NCBI GenBank assembly: GCA_039028615.1
Contig: JBCCHT010000008.1
Coordinates: 160,001-224,000, forward strand
Source: Myxococcota bacterium
GTDB taxonomy: Bacteria > Myxococcota_A > Polyangia > Nannocystales > Nannocystaceae
DNA: 64,000 bases
Reading direction: 5' to 3'
The notes beneath the pieces are model-generated. The model worked only from the letters and a program-made list of their open reading frames with translations. It was not told the origin of the DNA and ran no database searches. Shown here piece after piece: positions 1-10,180 of this stretch (within the stretch, counting starts at the first letter, position 1; every line of letters begins with the position of its first letter). Both the position numbers and the translations under genes were made by a program.

Positions 1-778
1 CTCGAGCACCTCACAGCCCGTCGACACGGACACCGAGGGCGACGACACGGCGGGCGACACCGAGGAAGACACGGACATCGGCACCGGGACCGACACGGGC
101 GAGCCCTTGCCCGAGTGCCCCGAAGCCGAGGACGTCTCGGCCGCGTTCGTCATCGAGATCGATGGCCAGGAGATCGATGCCGACTACGCCGAGTTCAGCG
201 GTGGCGTGTTCGGCCGGCCGAAGGATTGGAACGTGCAAGACACCCTGCCCGAGATCAACTCGATGTGCACGATCTTGGAGCAGATGCCCGGCTCGCTGAC
301 CCTGACCTGCAACGACAACGACGCGGTCGAGCGCACCTTCACCGTGCGCCCCGAGGCCTCCGAAGCATTCGCGCTGGACGTGGGCAAAGGGCCCGTGAAC
401 GTCTGGTACCAGATCGTCGAAGATGGCGACATGCTCGAGCACGTCTCCGACACCGCGGGGCATTCGTTCGTCCTGTCCAATGACGCAGGGGTCATCCTCG
501 CGGGCATCGACGGGCGCTACACCATGCTTGGATCGGCCTCCGAAGCCTGGCCCGACCTCATCCAAGGCCGGGTACGAGAGCCGCAGTGCACCGGTCGCGA
601 CATGGCCGAGATTTCGCTGGGCGAGGAAGTGGCGGAGCTGCTCGAAGGCTCGGCCGGCGACCTCGGAGACCACCGGGTGATCGTCGAGACCGCGGTGTTC
701 ACCTTGGAGTTCGACGGCGAGCTCAACGAGTCGGTGGACACCGCCCGCTGGATCGTGGGGCGACCCGCCGCGAAGTAA
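1..778 (+). CDS. 5'-truncated hypothetical exported protein/lipoprotein with acidic S/T/D/G linker
   Basis: The frame is open from the window edge (SSTSQPVDTDTEGDDTAGDTEE...), continues into ORF 107..778 and is followed by a terminator. Confidence 0.7.
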   Translation, partial: SSTSQPVDTDTEGDDTAGDTEEDTDIGTGTDTGEPLPECPEAEDVSAAFVIEIDGQEIDADYAEFSGGVFGRPKDWNVQDTLPEINSMCTILEQMPGSLTLTCNDNDAVERTFTVRPEASEAFALDVGKGPVNVWYQIVEDGDMLEHVSDTAGHSFVLSNDAGVILAGIDGRYTMLGSASEAWPDLIQGRVREPQCTGRDMAEISLGEEVAELLEGSAGDLGDHRVIVETAVFTLEFDGELNESVDTARWIVGRPAAK

Positions 779-798
779 GGCCGAAACTCTCGAACACT

Positions 799-836
799 GC
801 GCCGTCCGACGACCGTCGGGCGGCGCGTTTTCGTTT
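799..836 (+). terminator. Rho-independent terminator
   Basis: Stem GCGCCGTCCGAC/GTCGGGCGGCGC followed by GTTTTCGTTT, 20 nt after the stop at 778. Confidence 0.7.
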
Positions 837-867
837 CGAGCCTTCGTTTCAGGCGCACGAATTACTC

Positions 868-1078
868 ATGCAGACCCTTGCGGCTCACGCTCGGCTCGCT
901 CGACCTGCAGGACCAGACGATCGCCGCCAACAACTTCTTCAAACACATCGCTCGTCATTTCCAACGACACGGGGGGTCATCGTGGCGGGCATCGACACGC
1001 TACACCTTCGTCGGCTCGGTGAACGACGCGTGGCCCGAGTCGCTTCTCCAAGGCCGTATGCCCGCCCCGGAGTAGCCA
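868..1078 (+). pseudogene. Frameshifted remnant of a paralog of the upstream gene
   Basis: 960-1075 aligns by eye with 476-590, with indels: RYTFVGSVNDAWPESLLQGR vs RYTMLGSASEAWPDLIQGR. Confidence 0.6.
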
Positions 1079-1079
1079 C

Positions 1080-1907
1080 CTAGCCCAGCAGCAGCGCCAT
1101 GAACAACGCGGCCACCATGCCGAGCGCCAGCGCGTTGAAGTACAAAAACCCCAGCGCCATGGATCGCAGCGCGGTCGCCCACCAGCTCGCGTCGTAGGCG
1201 TGCTGCAGCGCAAAGACGGTATAGAACGGGATCGGCAGCAGGAACACGGCGGACCACGCGTAGGGGATCGCCAAGGCCGGGATCGCGAGCAGGAACCACA
1301 CGCTGTGGACGTGCAGCGAGAACACCAGGTGCTCCACGTACAGCCCGCCCGTGCCCAGGAACACCAGCTTGAGCAGCAGGGCGAACACGGGCAGCAGCAC
1401 GAACATCAGCAGCGGGCCGTTGTCGAGCGCGCCCGAGAAGATCTTCTGGTCGCGCTCGGCCGGAGGTAGCTTGCCCAGCTCGTCGATGCGTTCCTGGAGC
1501 AGGCGATCGAAGCCGGTCGCCGTTTCGTCCGTGCCGTCATTGAACTCGAGCTGGGTCACGCCGCCTTCGGGCGGATCCATCATCGTGTGCAGCCGCAGGG
1601 AGAGGCTGGCCGCCGCGAACATCAGCAGGCTGACGAACAGATACAGGCGTACCGGGGAGACGTAGCGCTGGCGCTTGCCCTGGTTGAACTCCCGCGTGAT
1701 GCGGCCGGGGCGAAGCATGCCCCGCAGCGTGCGGCCGAAGCGTCCGTCGAACTCGGTGGTCTCGCGGAAGACGTCGCCGATCAGCCGAAGCAACGACTTG
1801 CGAAAGTCGCCCCGCCGCTGACCACAGGCCGGGCAGAACTCGAGCTCGACCATGGTGCCGCAATTGAGACAGGGCTCGGGTTGCAGCGGGGCGGGCTCGT
1901 CGGACAT
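1080..1907 (-). CDS. DUF3667-domain membrane protein
   Basis: N-terminal CLNCG...FCPACGQ zinc ribbon, RPG..T.EF..G.R.RYVSP.RLYL motif and several TM helices. Start set at MSDEPAP. Confidence 0.8.
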   Translation of the reverse strand: MSDEPAPLQPEPCLNCGTMVELEFCPACGQRRGDFRKSLLRLIGDVFRETTEFDGRFGRTLRGMLRPGRITREFNQGKRQRYVSPVRLYLFVSLLMFAAASLSLRLHTMMDPPEGGVTQLEFNDGTDETATGFDRLLQERIDELGKLPPAERDQKIFSGALDNGPLLMFVLLPVFALLLKLVFLGTGGLYVEHLVFSLHVHSVWFLLAIPALAIPYAWSAVFLLPIPFYTVFALQHAYDASWWATALRSMALGFLYFNALALGMVAALFMALLLG

Positions 1908-1980
1908 CGGGACCCGCAGGATAGCGCGCGCGGTGCCGTAACGCCGACCGAACGCGTGGTTCGGGTATGCTCGGCGCTCC

Positions 1981-2769
1981 GTGTCCGTCACGCCCGCTCC
2001 CATCCCGCCGAAGTTGGCATCGACCTACCGAGGCTGGGAGTGGGCGCCGTTTTATCGCAACCAACTCGGGGTGGTGACGCATCGCCTGCGGCGGAGCGGC
2101 GAGACGCTCTTCGCCAAGGTCGCCCCGGCTACGACCCACCCGAGCCTGAGCCAGGAAGCAGAGCGCATGCGGTGGGCGGGCAATCACCTGCCCGTGCCGA
2201 CCATCCTCGACTGCGATGCCGAAGCGGGTCACCAGTGGCTGGTCACGCGCGCGCTACCGGGCGAGGACGCGACCCGGCACTCGCTGCTCCAGACCGACCC
2301 CGCTCGACTCGTCGGTGCCCTCGCCCGTGGCCTCTCGGTCTTCCATGCCCTCCCCGTGGCCGAGTGCCCCTGGCGCTTCGATCTCGAGACCTCGGTCCCC
2401 CTCGCCACCGAACGAGTCCAGCAGGGCCTGGTCGAGCCCAGCGATCTCAACGAAGACTTCGCCCACCTCACCCCCGAGCAGGCCCTGGCCCAGCTGCTAC
2501 GCACCCGCCCGGACAGCGAGGACCTCGTGGTGTGCCACGGCGACTACTGCTTCCCCAACCTGCTGCTCACGGGCGAAGAGGTCACGGGCTACGTGGACCT
2601 CGGCGAGCTGGGCGTGGCGTGCCGCTGGTGGGACCTCGCCGTCGCCACCTGGAGCACGATCTGGAACGCGGGCCCAGGCCACGAGGACGCCTTCACCGAC
2701 GCCTACGGGGTCGCCCGCGACGAGGCTCACATCCAGTTCTACCGGCTGCTGTACTGCCTGGTGTCGTGA
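1981..2769 (+). CDS. Aminoglycoside 3'-phosphotransferase-like kinase (APH(3') family)
   Basis: VVCHGDYCFPN catalytic loop, YVDLGELG metal motif, RWWDLAVA and C-terminal FYRLL; 262 aa is typical of APH(3'). Confidence 0.8.
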   Translation: MSVTPAPIPPKLASTYRGWEWAPFYRNQLGVVTHRLRRSGETLFAKVAPATTHPSLSQEAERMRWAGNHLPVPTILDCDAEAGHQWLVTRALPGEDATRHSLLQTDPARLVGALARGLSVFHALPVAECPWRFDLETSVPLATERVQQGLVEPSDLNEDFAHLTPEQALAQLLRTRPDSEDLVVCHGDYCFPNLLLTGEEVTGYVDLGELGVACRWWDLAVATWSTIWNAGPGHEDAFTDAYGVARDEAHIQFYRLLYCLVS

Positions 2770-2770
2770 T

Positions 2771-3988
2771 TCACTGCGCGAACATCCGCAGCTTCGACAC
2801 GGCCACGTCCCGCATCTGGCAGACGTCGGCATAGTCCACGCTGCGCATCATGACCATGCCGTCGCCGAGCAGGGTGTTCTTCCAGTCCCGCCGTCGGTGG
2901 CCGATGGGCAGCAGGTCCTCGATGACCAGGCCGCCCCCCGCCCGCTGCCGCACGGCATCGAGGCCCTCGATCCGAGTGATGCGCCCCTGCCCTTGCGCGC
3001 GCTTGAACACCGCGGCCACGTGATAGCGCCGATGCGGCGTGGCCTGAAACGAGCGCCAGCAGACGGCTCGCGCCCACTCCCGATAGATGTCGATGTCGTT
3101 GGCGAAGTTGATCGCGTCCATCAGCTTGCCGCCGCCGCTGCGACAGGCAATCTCGCTGAACACCGCCTCGCCCCGCGAATTCGTGAACCACTCCATGTGC
3201 ACGAAGCCCGTGCCCATGCGCAGCGCCTGCAGAGCCTGTCGCCCCAGGTCGATCCCACACTGCATCTCGGCGATATACGGATCTCGCAGCGTGATCTGAG
3301 CGGGGCTGATCCACTCTTGCGTGCGCGACTGCAGCGGCGGCGGGTGGTACTGCGTGATGCTCTCGAACACAGCCCGCCCCTCGATGGCCACCGCGTCGTA
3401 GGTGAACTCCTCGCCCTCGATGAACTCTTCGATGCCGATCTCGGGCACGTGCCCCATGGTCTCGAGCTTGGCCCGCGCCTGCTCCGGGTCGTCGACCCGC
3501 CAGGTGTCCTTGGTGCCCGCCCCGGAGACCGGCTTGATCACCACCGGGTAGCCGATGGCCGCGGCCGCCTCGAGCACGCCCTCGACGGTATCGGCCCGAT
3601 CGAAGCGAGGGATGCGGACCTCGGCCTCGGCCAGTCGCGCCTTCATGATCGGCTTGTCGCGAAAGCCCAGCGTGGTGTCGTGGTCCATCCCGCCAAGGCC
3701 CAGCGCCTCGCGGACTCGGGCCGCCAGCAGCACCAGCGGCTCCCACAGGGTCTCCACCCGATCGGCCCCGATCGCCCGTGCAGCGTCGATCAGGGGCCCC
3801 AGCGCCCGCTCTTCGTCGAACAGCGAGGGCAGCTCGAGGTAGTCCCGCAACGCCCGGCGCACGTGCTCGGGAAGCACCTGCGCGGGCACGTCCCCCACCC
3901 CGTAGACCTCGGCGCCGACCTCCGAGAGCCCCCGGGTGAACTCGGGCATCTCCTCGGGATAGTGCGGCGAGAGGAACAGGACCTTCAT
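2771..3988 (-). CDS. ATP-grasp domain protein
   Basis: RDKPIMK, GYPVVIKPVSGAG, EEFIEGEE, HMEWF and FSEIACR motifs. Confidence 0.85.
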   Translation of the reverse strand: MKVLFLSPHYPEEMPEFTRGLSEVGAEVYGVGDVPAQVLPEHVRRALRDYLELPSLFDEERALGPLIDAARAIGADRVETLWEPLVLLAARVREALGLGGMDHDTTLGFRDKPIMKARLAEAEVRIPRFDRADTVEGVLEAAAAIGYPVVIKPVSGAGTKDTWRVDDPEQARAKLETMGHVPEIGIEEFIEGEEFTYDAVAIEGRAVFESITQYHPPPLQSRTQEWISPAQITLRDPYIAEMQCGIDLGRQALQALRMGTGFVHMEWFTNSRGEAVFSEIACRSGGGKLMDAINFANDIDIYREWARAVCWRSFQATPHRRYHVAAVFKRAQGQGRITRIEGLDAVRQRAGGGLVIEDLLPIGHRRRDWKNTLLGDGMVMMRSVDYADVCQMRDVAVSKLRMFAQ

Positions 3989-3993
3989 CGGAC

Positions 3994-4521
3994 CTAACGC
4001 AACACCCCGCCCATGCGTCGCTCGGTTCGTCGCCGTCGCGAGTCGGCCCGCAGCGCCGAGATGCCCACCGCATAGATCGCCCAGAACGCGATGCCGACCA
4101 CCATGCCCTGCAGCCCCGAGCCCACCACGGGCGACTCGGCCTGGATGGTGCGTAGCTCCCCCGCCGCCCGGATGGTGGTGTAGAGGAAGAATAGGAACGC
4201 GGTGGTGGTGACCATCGCCCGCAGGATGCTGAAGCCGGAGATCCGCTGCGGGCGGTTGATGCCCGGACGGCCGAACTCCATGCCGTCGAGCATCACTCGC
4301 ATCCAGCTGGCCAACATGGGAAAGAGCAACAGCCCAGTGATCCCTGCGAGCCCGGGCACGGCTTGTCGCAGCTGCTCGATGGGCAGCACGACTTCTCCGG
4401 GCAGCAGCGCGAGCAGAGGCATCACGGTCTGCGCAGCGTAGCGGATTCGCGCGCCGTCACCCAGACCGGGCCCCGATGCGCCCTCATCGGGCGTTGGCGG
4501 GGTCGTGGCGAGCTGCCCCAC
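3994..4521 (-). CDS. Hypothetical membrane protein
   Basis: 175-aa ORF with 3-4 hydrophobic segments, directly upstream of the ATP-grasp gene. Confidence 0.6.
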   Translation of the reverse strand: MGQLATTPPTPDEGASGPGLGDGARIRYAAQTVMPLLALLPGEVVLPIEQLRQAVPGLAGITGLLLFPMLASWMRVMLDGMEFGRPGINRPQRISGFSILRAMVTTTAFLFFLYTTIRAAGELRTIQAESPVVGSGLQGMVVGIAFWAIYAVGISALRADSRRRRTERRMGGVLR

Positions 4522-4647
4522 AAGTGCCGTCGGGCCCGCGCCAAATCGCTCGCGCCTCCGTTCCGATATGACCCGCGCTCATCTTTCGATGGCAACCACC
4601 GATCGTGCCGGTTACGATGCCATTGGGGATAGGGGGTAGAAAACTAG

Positions 4648-6609
4648 ATGGGGGAGTCTTGGCGCTCAGTCTTCTGGGCGGTCGGGATACTCGTGCACGC
4701 GGGTTGTTCCGACACGCCGAACACAACCAATGACACGGAGCCGAGCGGGGTGAGCTCGGCCGATGCATCGACCGGCGATGCATGTCGTCCAGACCAAACG
4801 ATGGCGTGTACCTGCTCCGATGGGGCCACGGGCACGCAATCATGTCTGAACGGCGGCGGTGGCTTTTCACCGTGTGTCTGCGAACCGCAACCACTCGATA
4901 CGGGAGCGATGACGGGAAGCGATACGGGCGATCCTCCCGAGGACGACTCGACCGGAGGGCATCGTCCCGAATGTGCCAGTGATGATGAATGTGTAGCAAC
5001 GAGTGGAGAGTGTTGGATCGGAGTTTGTGGAGAGGATGGAACGTGTACGGAGGTCGCCGCCGCCGACGATACGCCGTGCGGTGATCCGGGCGAGACCGAT
5101 TGCACGACGCCCGATCGTTGCGAAGCGGGCACCTGCATGGCCAACCACCGCGCTCAGGGGCTCGGCTGCCAGACCTGCGCAGAGGGGCCCTGCGCCTGCG
5201 ACGAAGGGAGCTGCGGCGCCTGCCAGCAGTTCGCGACGGTCAACGAGTTCACCACGGCGCGCTCCATCGAAGGCTGGACGCTGACCGGGGACTGGGCTCT
5301 GCGGACCTTTGCCCCGCAGAGCCAGGTCGAGCCGCGCACGATCTTTTCGGGCCAAGTGCTGGGCACCGACGGCAATCGCAGTGACCCGGCGCCCGGAGAA
5401 GAAGCCGAGACCTCCTACGCGCGCACGCCCGAGGTACCGCTGCCGGAGACGGTGGTGTTCTGGTCGTGGCACGTGGACGAGGGGGCGGGTGACCACGACG
5501 CCAAGTCGGTCCGCGTCTCGACCGATGGTGGCATCAGCTGGGTGACCCTGGCCGACTGCAACCTCGATCCGGGCCTGCCCTTTTGCGCCTATGTGAACAC
5601 GGCCGACCCCGCGGCGTGGGCCCAGGTGGAGCTCGCCGTGCCCGAGCCACTGCAGGGCCAGCTCGGCATCATCGAGTTCGGCTACGACACGGTCGACGAG
5701 TGCTGCACCTTCGAAAAGGGCTGGTACATCGACTCGCTGAACGTCGGCACCGAGTGCGCGTGCGTGGCCGATTCCGATTGCATGCGCTACGGCAGCGCCT
5801 GCGGCTCGGGACAGTGCCTGCCCACGGGCGAGTGCGGCCTGCTGCCGTCTCCGCTGGATTGGCCCTGCGGCGACCCGACGACCAACGAATGCAACGGCGC
5901 CGACACCTGCGACGGGCAGGGCTACTGCCGTGATCACCTCGAGCCGACCGGGCTCGTGACCTGCGACGACTGCCCCAGCGGAGGCCCGTGCTCGGTGTGC
6001 GTGGAGGGCGAGTGCCCCGACTGTGGATCCGTGGGCTTCGACCCCGGCTTCGACAACCCGATGACGGTCGCCGACTGGACCATCTCACCGCTGTTCGGCT
6101 CGCCCGACTGGGGCCTTTTCGACGAGGCGCCCCGCAACGCCAACCCGGGCTCCGAGCCCGTGCCCTTTCCCAACGCGCCCGTCTTCGGGGTCGATGGCAA
6201 CCGGGACCCGCCCTACCCCGGCTACGAGATGGAGCACTCTCGGGTCGTGACCGGCGAGGGCATCATCGCCGCCGCGCTGACCTTCGACTCGTGGCACGTG
6301 GACGAAGGTGGAGCGAACCACGACACCAAGCGGGTCGAGCTGAGCGTCGACGATGGAGCCACGTGGCACGAGCTCGCCAATTGCGAAGGCGCCGCCGGAA
6401 GCCAGCTCTTTTGCACTCCGGTCGGGGACGGCCGGGCCGGCGACGACTGGGACGCCATTAGCCTGGATACATCGGCCTGGGAGGGCCAAACCGGCCGGCT
6501 GCGCTTCTCTTACGACACCCAGGACGGCTGCTGTTCCTTCGAACGCGGCTGGTTCATCGACAACCTCGACGGCTTCACCCAGGTCTGCGAAGACGACCCG
6601 TTTCCATGA
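4648..6609 (+). CDS. Cys-rich lipoprotein with two tandem homologous beta-sandwich-like domains
   Basis: Lipobox HAGC and Cys-rich repeats. A module (DGNR...SWHVDEG...K.V..S.D.G..W..LA.C...YDT.D.CC.FE.GW.ID.L) occurs twice. Confidence 0.8.
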   Translation: MGESWRSVFWAVGILVHAGCSDTPNTTNDTEPSGVSSADASTGDACRPDQTMACTCSDGATGTQSCLNGGGGFSPCVCEPQPLDTGAMTGSDTGDPPEDDSTGGHRPECASDDECVATSGECWIGVCGEDGTCTEVAAADDTPCGDPGETDCTTPDRCEAGTCMANHRAQGLGCQTCAEGPCACDEGSCGACQQFATVNEFTTARSIEGWTLTGDWALRTFAPQSQVEPRTIFSGQVLGTDGNRSDPAPGEEAETSYARTPEVPLPETVVFWSWHVDEGAGDHDAKSVRVSTDGGISWVTLADCNLDPGLPFCAYVNTADPAAWAQVELAVPEPLQGQLGIIEFGYDTVDECCTFEKGWYIDSLNVGTECACVADSDCMRYGSACGSGQCLPTGECGLLPSPLDWPCGDPTTNECNGADTCDGQGYCRDHLEPTGLVTCDDCPSGGPCSVCVEGECPDCGSVGFDPGFDNPMTVADWTISPLFGSPDWGLFDEAPRNANPGSEPVPFPNAPVFGVDGNRDPPYPGYEMEHSRVVTGEGIIAAALTFDSWHVDEGGANHDTKRVELSVDDGATWHELANCEGAAGSQLFCTPVGDGRAGDDWDAISLDTSAWEGQTGRLRFSYDTQDGCCSFERGWFIDNLDGFTQVCEDDPFP

Positions 6610-6769
6610 GACCGTGAGCTGTCCCTCGGTTTTTGGGCCGAAGCCGGAATGCCTACGCCCGCCCCGCCGCCTGGGCCCGTAGTGGAGACCACGCCCTCGG
6701 CAGGTTTCGGCGTCGGGGACCCGCTCGGGGCTTGCGCGTGGCGACGGAGCAGCCGACCATCGTCTCTCC

Positions 6770-7642
6770 ATGAAGCGCTCGCTGGCCCCCCTCGTCGCCC
6801 TGCTGTGCCTCTCTGCCTGCGCGGAAGAGGAGACGCCGACCATCCTCGACGGGGCGCGTGGCGCCTGCGGCTCGGTGGTCGAGGACGTGATCCCGGCCCA
6901 GGTCGAGTGCCCCTCCGACTGCCCGATCGCCGTCAAGGCGTTCCGCGTGCGGGACCTCGGCACCTGTGAGCGCTCCGCCAACCAGTACGTCGCCTGTGTC
7001 ACCGCGGGCGACGACGTCGGCAACCCCGGGCCCGCCTTCCTCGACACCCCCGACGGCGCCTTGTTCGTCGACTCGCCCGCCATCGACTGCAGCGACGGCT
7101 CGGTGGGCTGCGTCAACGTCGACACCGCCGTCCGCGGCCGCTGGCAGACCTGCGCCGACTCGGACGAAGAGGGCTGCGAGTGCGCCTGCTCCGGCGGCGA
7201 GTGCCCCTACGACCGCTTCTTGGCCGAGGTCAACAGCTGCAGCCTGCCCTCCCCCTGCGACCCGCTCACCGCCGATAGCGAGCCCACCGAGAGCCAGCTC
7301 GAGTGCTACATGGACGTGCTGGCCATGGGCGGCCCCGCCTACATCGAGCTCGACGCCGAGGTCCGCAACGACGTCACCGGCCAGCCCGAGATCGCCCGTC
7401 AGGTCTACGCCGTCAACGACTTCGAGGTCACCCGCCTCGGTGCGGTCGCCTTCGACGAGCCCGTCACCGCCTGCGAGCTGCAGAACGCCTCGTACTTCCT
7501 CGGCTGCGACCCCGACAACCCGATCAGCCTCAACTTCGAGCTCGAAGACGGCATGACCGAGCGCCTGCCCTGCACCGACCCCCGCACCTGGGTCATCGAC
7601 TGCGAAGCCGCCGATCCGGTCTGCCCCGGCACCGAGGCCTGA
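6770..7642 (+). CDS. Cys-rich lipoprotein
   Basis: Signal [17 protein letters not shown] (lipobox); strong GC3 bias. Confidence 0.8.
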   Translation: MKRSLAPLVALLCLSACAEEETPTILDGARGACGSVVEDVIPAQVECPSDCPIAVKAFRVRDLGTCERSANQYVACVTAGDDVGNPGPAFLDTPDGALFVDSPAIDCSDGSVGCVNVDTAVRGRWQTCADSDEEGCECACSGGECPYDRFLAEVNSCSLPSPCDPLTADSEPTESQLECYMDVLAMGGPAYIELDAEVRNDVTGQPEIARQVYAVNDFEVTRLGAVAFDEPVTACELQNASYFLGCDPDNPISLNFELEDGMTERLPCTDPRTWVIDCEAADPVCPGTEA

Positions 7643-7702
7643 GCGCCGTCCCTGCACGCCCGCACCCGTCACGCCCTCGGCTATGATGCGCCGAGGGTCG
7701 TC

Positions 7703-8431
7703 ATGAGCGTGCGCGTCACCGATTTTCGCAACATCGTGTTCTTCACTGGCGCCGGTATCTCGGCGCAGAGCGGCATCCCCACCTTCCGGGGCAAGGGCGG
7801 CATCTGGAAGGAATACGACTGGGAGAACTGCGCCTGCCAGGGCGCCTTCGATCGCGACCCGAATTACGTCTGGGAGTTCCACAACTACCGCCGCGACCTC
7901 GTCTCCAAGTGCGATCCCAACGACGGGCACCACCTCATCGCCCAGTGCGAGAAGGTCCTGCCCAAGGTCACCATCGTCACCCAGAACATCGACGGCCTGC
8001 ACCAACAGGCGGGCAGCGAGCGCGTGCTCGAGCTGCACGGCAACCTGTGGAAGCTGCGCTGTGACGGCTGCAGCTGGCGCACCGAAGACCACTCGAGCCC
8101 CGTCGAAGATCTCGAGTGCCCCGAGTGCATCGACCGCTACAAGCGACCCGACATCGTCTGGTTCGGCGACAACCTCAACCACCGGGTCGTCTCCCGGGTG
8201 GCGTCGGCCCTCGGCAGCTGTGACCTGCTCGTCTCCATCGGCACCTCGGCCGTGGTCTATCCCGCCGCCGACATGCCGCTCATCGCCAAGCAGGCCGGGG
8301 CGACGCTGGTGGAGATCAACCCCGAGGACACGCCGATCAGCCATGCGTATGACCACTGCATGCGGATGAGCGCAATCGAGGGGCTGACCGAGCTGTGCGA
8401 AGGTTTGCCGCAGGCGCCCGCGGAGGCCTGA
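7703..8431 (+). CDS. cobB: Sir2-family NAD-dependent protein deacylase
   Basis: [28 protein letters not shown], CxxC...Cxx[19 protein letters not shown] and EINP motifs. Confidence 0.9.
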   Translation: MSVRVTDFRNIVFFTGAGISAQSGIPTFRGKGGIWKEYDWENCACQGAFDRDPNYVWEFHNYRRDLVSKCDPNDGHHLIAQCEKVLPKVTIVTQNIDGLHQQAGSERVLELHGNLWKLRCDGCSWRTEDHSSPVEDLECPECIDRYKRPDIVWFGDNLNHRVVSRVASALGSCDLLVSIGTSAVVYPAADMPLIAKQAGATLVEINPEDTPISHAYDHCMRMSAIEGLTELCEGLPQAPAEA

Positions 8432-8435
8432 GGCT

Positions 8436-9479
8436 TCAGCCTTCGTCGTCGAGGCCGAGGCTCGACAGCGACGGGAGCCGGCCGTAGCGGCGCTGCATCG
8501 TGGGATCGGCCGCGGCCGCCTCGGTGCGGGCGGCCTCGGTCATCGCGCGTAGCCAGCGGACGAAGATCGGGCTGGTCGGAGAAATCGCGGGAGGCTGCGG
8601 GCCCTTCAGGCCGTCGTCGAGCCAGCGAACCCAGGCCTCTTCGTCAGGGGACATGCCCAGCCGCGGCGGTGGGCTGAGGCGATTCCCGATCCAAGCCGCG
8701 GCCTCCCGCAATCGCGGGGGCAAGGTCGGGCCGCCGTGATCGGCTCCGTGCACGAGGTGGTACTCGTGGCCGATGTCCAGCGACCACAGCACGCGATGCA
8801 GCAGCTCGGTGCCGTCGTGGGCATTGAAGACGTCTCGGTCGCCGACTTCGAGGTAGATCTCCGGCCCCTCGCGACGCAGCGCCTCCGCGTTTTCGATCGC
8901 ACGGGTGATGGGGCTGTCCGCGGCGTAGAGGTCCGGGTCGCGCTCGGTCCCCATCAAGCGCACGGGAGCGTCGGGCGGGAATTGAAAGCGATTGCGGAGC
9001 GGGGCCTGGTCGGCGTAGCGGGCCGGCTCGAGCATGGGCTGCACCGCCGCCACCGCGCCGAAGCGTCCGGGTCGTGCCAAGGCGATCTTCAGCGCCCCAT
9101 AGCCGCCCATCGAGATCCCCAACAGCCCGGTCGACGCGGGGTCTCGACGAACGGGTAGCCGAGCGCGAACCTCGTCGAGCAGTGCCTCCGCCACCACCTG
9201 CTCCCAGGAGGTCTGCGCCACGTCGTCGTCGAGATAAAAGCTCATCGAGCCCACCTCGGCCGACGCGAACACCATGGGGGCGACCGCGTCCGAGGCCCAC
9301 CAGCGCTCGATCAGGGGCCGCATCTGCACCAGGGTCTCCGCGCTGCCGCCCCCGCCGTACAGGAACAGGCACGCGGGTAAGGGCTCGGCCGGGGCGGTGG
9401 GAACGACCGCGGTACACGCAGCGGTGCCACCGCGCGGGTTGGGCACGGAGAAACGCTCGACGGCCGAGGAACGGGGCAT
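8436..9479 (-). CDS. Alpha/beta-hydrolase, putative esterase family
   Basis: GISMGGYGA nucleophile elbow, GDRD and GADHG catalytic His. Confidence 0.8.
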   Translation of the reverse strand: MPRSSAVERFSVPNPRGGTAACTAVVPTAPAEPLPACLFLYGGGGSAETLVQMRPLIERWWASDAVAPMVFASAEVGSMSFYLDDDVAQTSWEQVVAEALLDEVRARLPVRRDPASTGLLGISMGGYGALKIALARPGRFGAVAAVQPMLEPARYADQAPLRNRFQFPPDAPVRLMGTERDPDLYAADSPITRAIENAEALRREGPEIYLEVGDRDVFNAHDGTELLHRVLWSLDIGHEYHLVHGADHGGPTLPPRLREAAAWIGNRLSPPPRLGMSPDEEAWVRWLDDGLKGPQPPAISPTSPIFVRWLRAMTEAARTEAAAADPTMQRRYGRLPSLSSLGLDDEG

Positions 9480-9674
9480 GGTGCCCTCGCTACACAAATT
9501 ATCGATCATCCTGCAACACTTGCCGCGGCGGTGGCATCCCGGGGCGCGTCACCGACCCGACCGGTTCGCTCGTGGATGCTCCCGCCCTTGGCCGCGAAGA
9601 CCTTCGAGTACACATTCGAGCGACCGATCGATCCGGCCGTCGATGGGCTGCCGCGTCCGCTCGAGTCGTCGAGT

Positions 9675-10046
9675 TCAGTTGCGGCAGGCGATCTGTGCCG
9701 GGTAGGACTCGAGCACGATGCACTTGCCCTCGCCACACCCGGCCGCGGCACAGGCCGCCCCGGCCGACGCGTAACAACACCCGTCGTGCTCGTAGCTGCA
9801 CCCCTGCGCCTTGCCATCCCACGGCTGCCCGCCTTCGCCACAGGTGCCCCCGGCCGCAGGCTCTTCCGCGGGCTCGGGCTCCGCCGGCGTGGCCGTGGGC
9901 GACTCGGTGGGCGTGGTCGGGGTCGGCTGGGTCTGCGTGTTCTTCGTGGGCGTAGGCTGCTGCGAAGTCCGACGAGGGCAGCCGGACGCCAACGCCAGGG
10001 TCATCGCGACCACGCAGAGCGAACGGAGGAGCACGGCGGAGATCAT
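9675..10046 (-). CDS. Small Cys-rich lipoprotein
   Basis: Lipobox LASGC, P/T linker and C-terminal Cys module (C..LESYPAQI.C). Confidence 0.7.
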   Translation of the reverse strand: MISAVLLRSLCVVAMTLALASGCPRRTSQQPTPTKNTQTQPTPTTPTESPTATPAEPEPAEEPAAGGTCGEGGQPWDGKAQGCSYEHDGCCYASAGAACAAAGCGEGKCIVLESYPAQIACRN

Positions 10047-10180
10047 ACCCGACCGCCGTTGCCACGAGGCCGGGAATACGGTCGTTTCTGGGGCGGTGGA
10101 GTGGTCGTGCGCCGCCTGGCCGCGTTGCGCCCCTGCACGGCGACCCAGCGCGGCCCGACTCCTGCCCCCGAAATCCGCTC

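Noticed and set aside
2771..3988. ATP-grasp enzyme as a graspetide (RiPP) ligase
   Set aside because: No adjacent precursor-like ORF was found, and the motifs fit a generic carboxylate-amine ligase.
7703..8431. Sir2 gene as a possible antiphage (Thoeris/DSR-type) component
   Set aside because: It is a canonical short CobB-type deacylase with a zinc ribbon, host-like codon usage and no defence partners.
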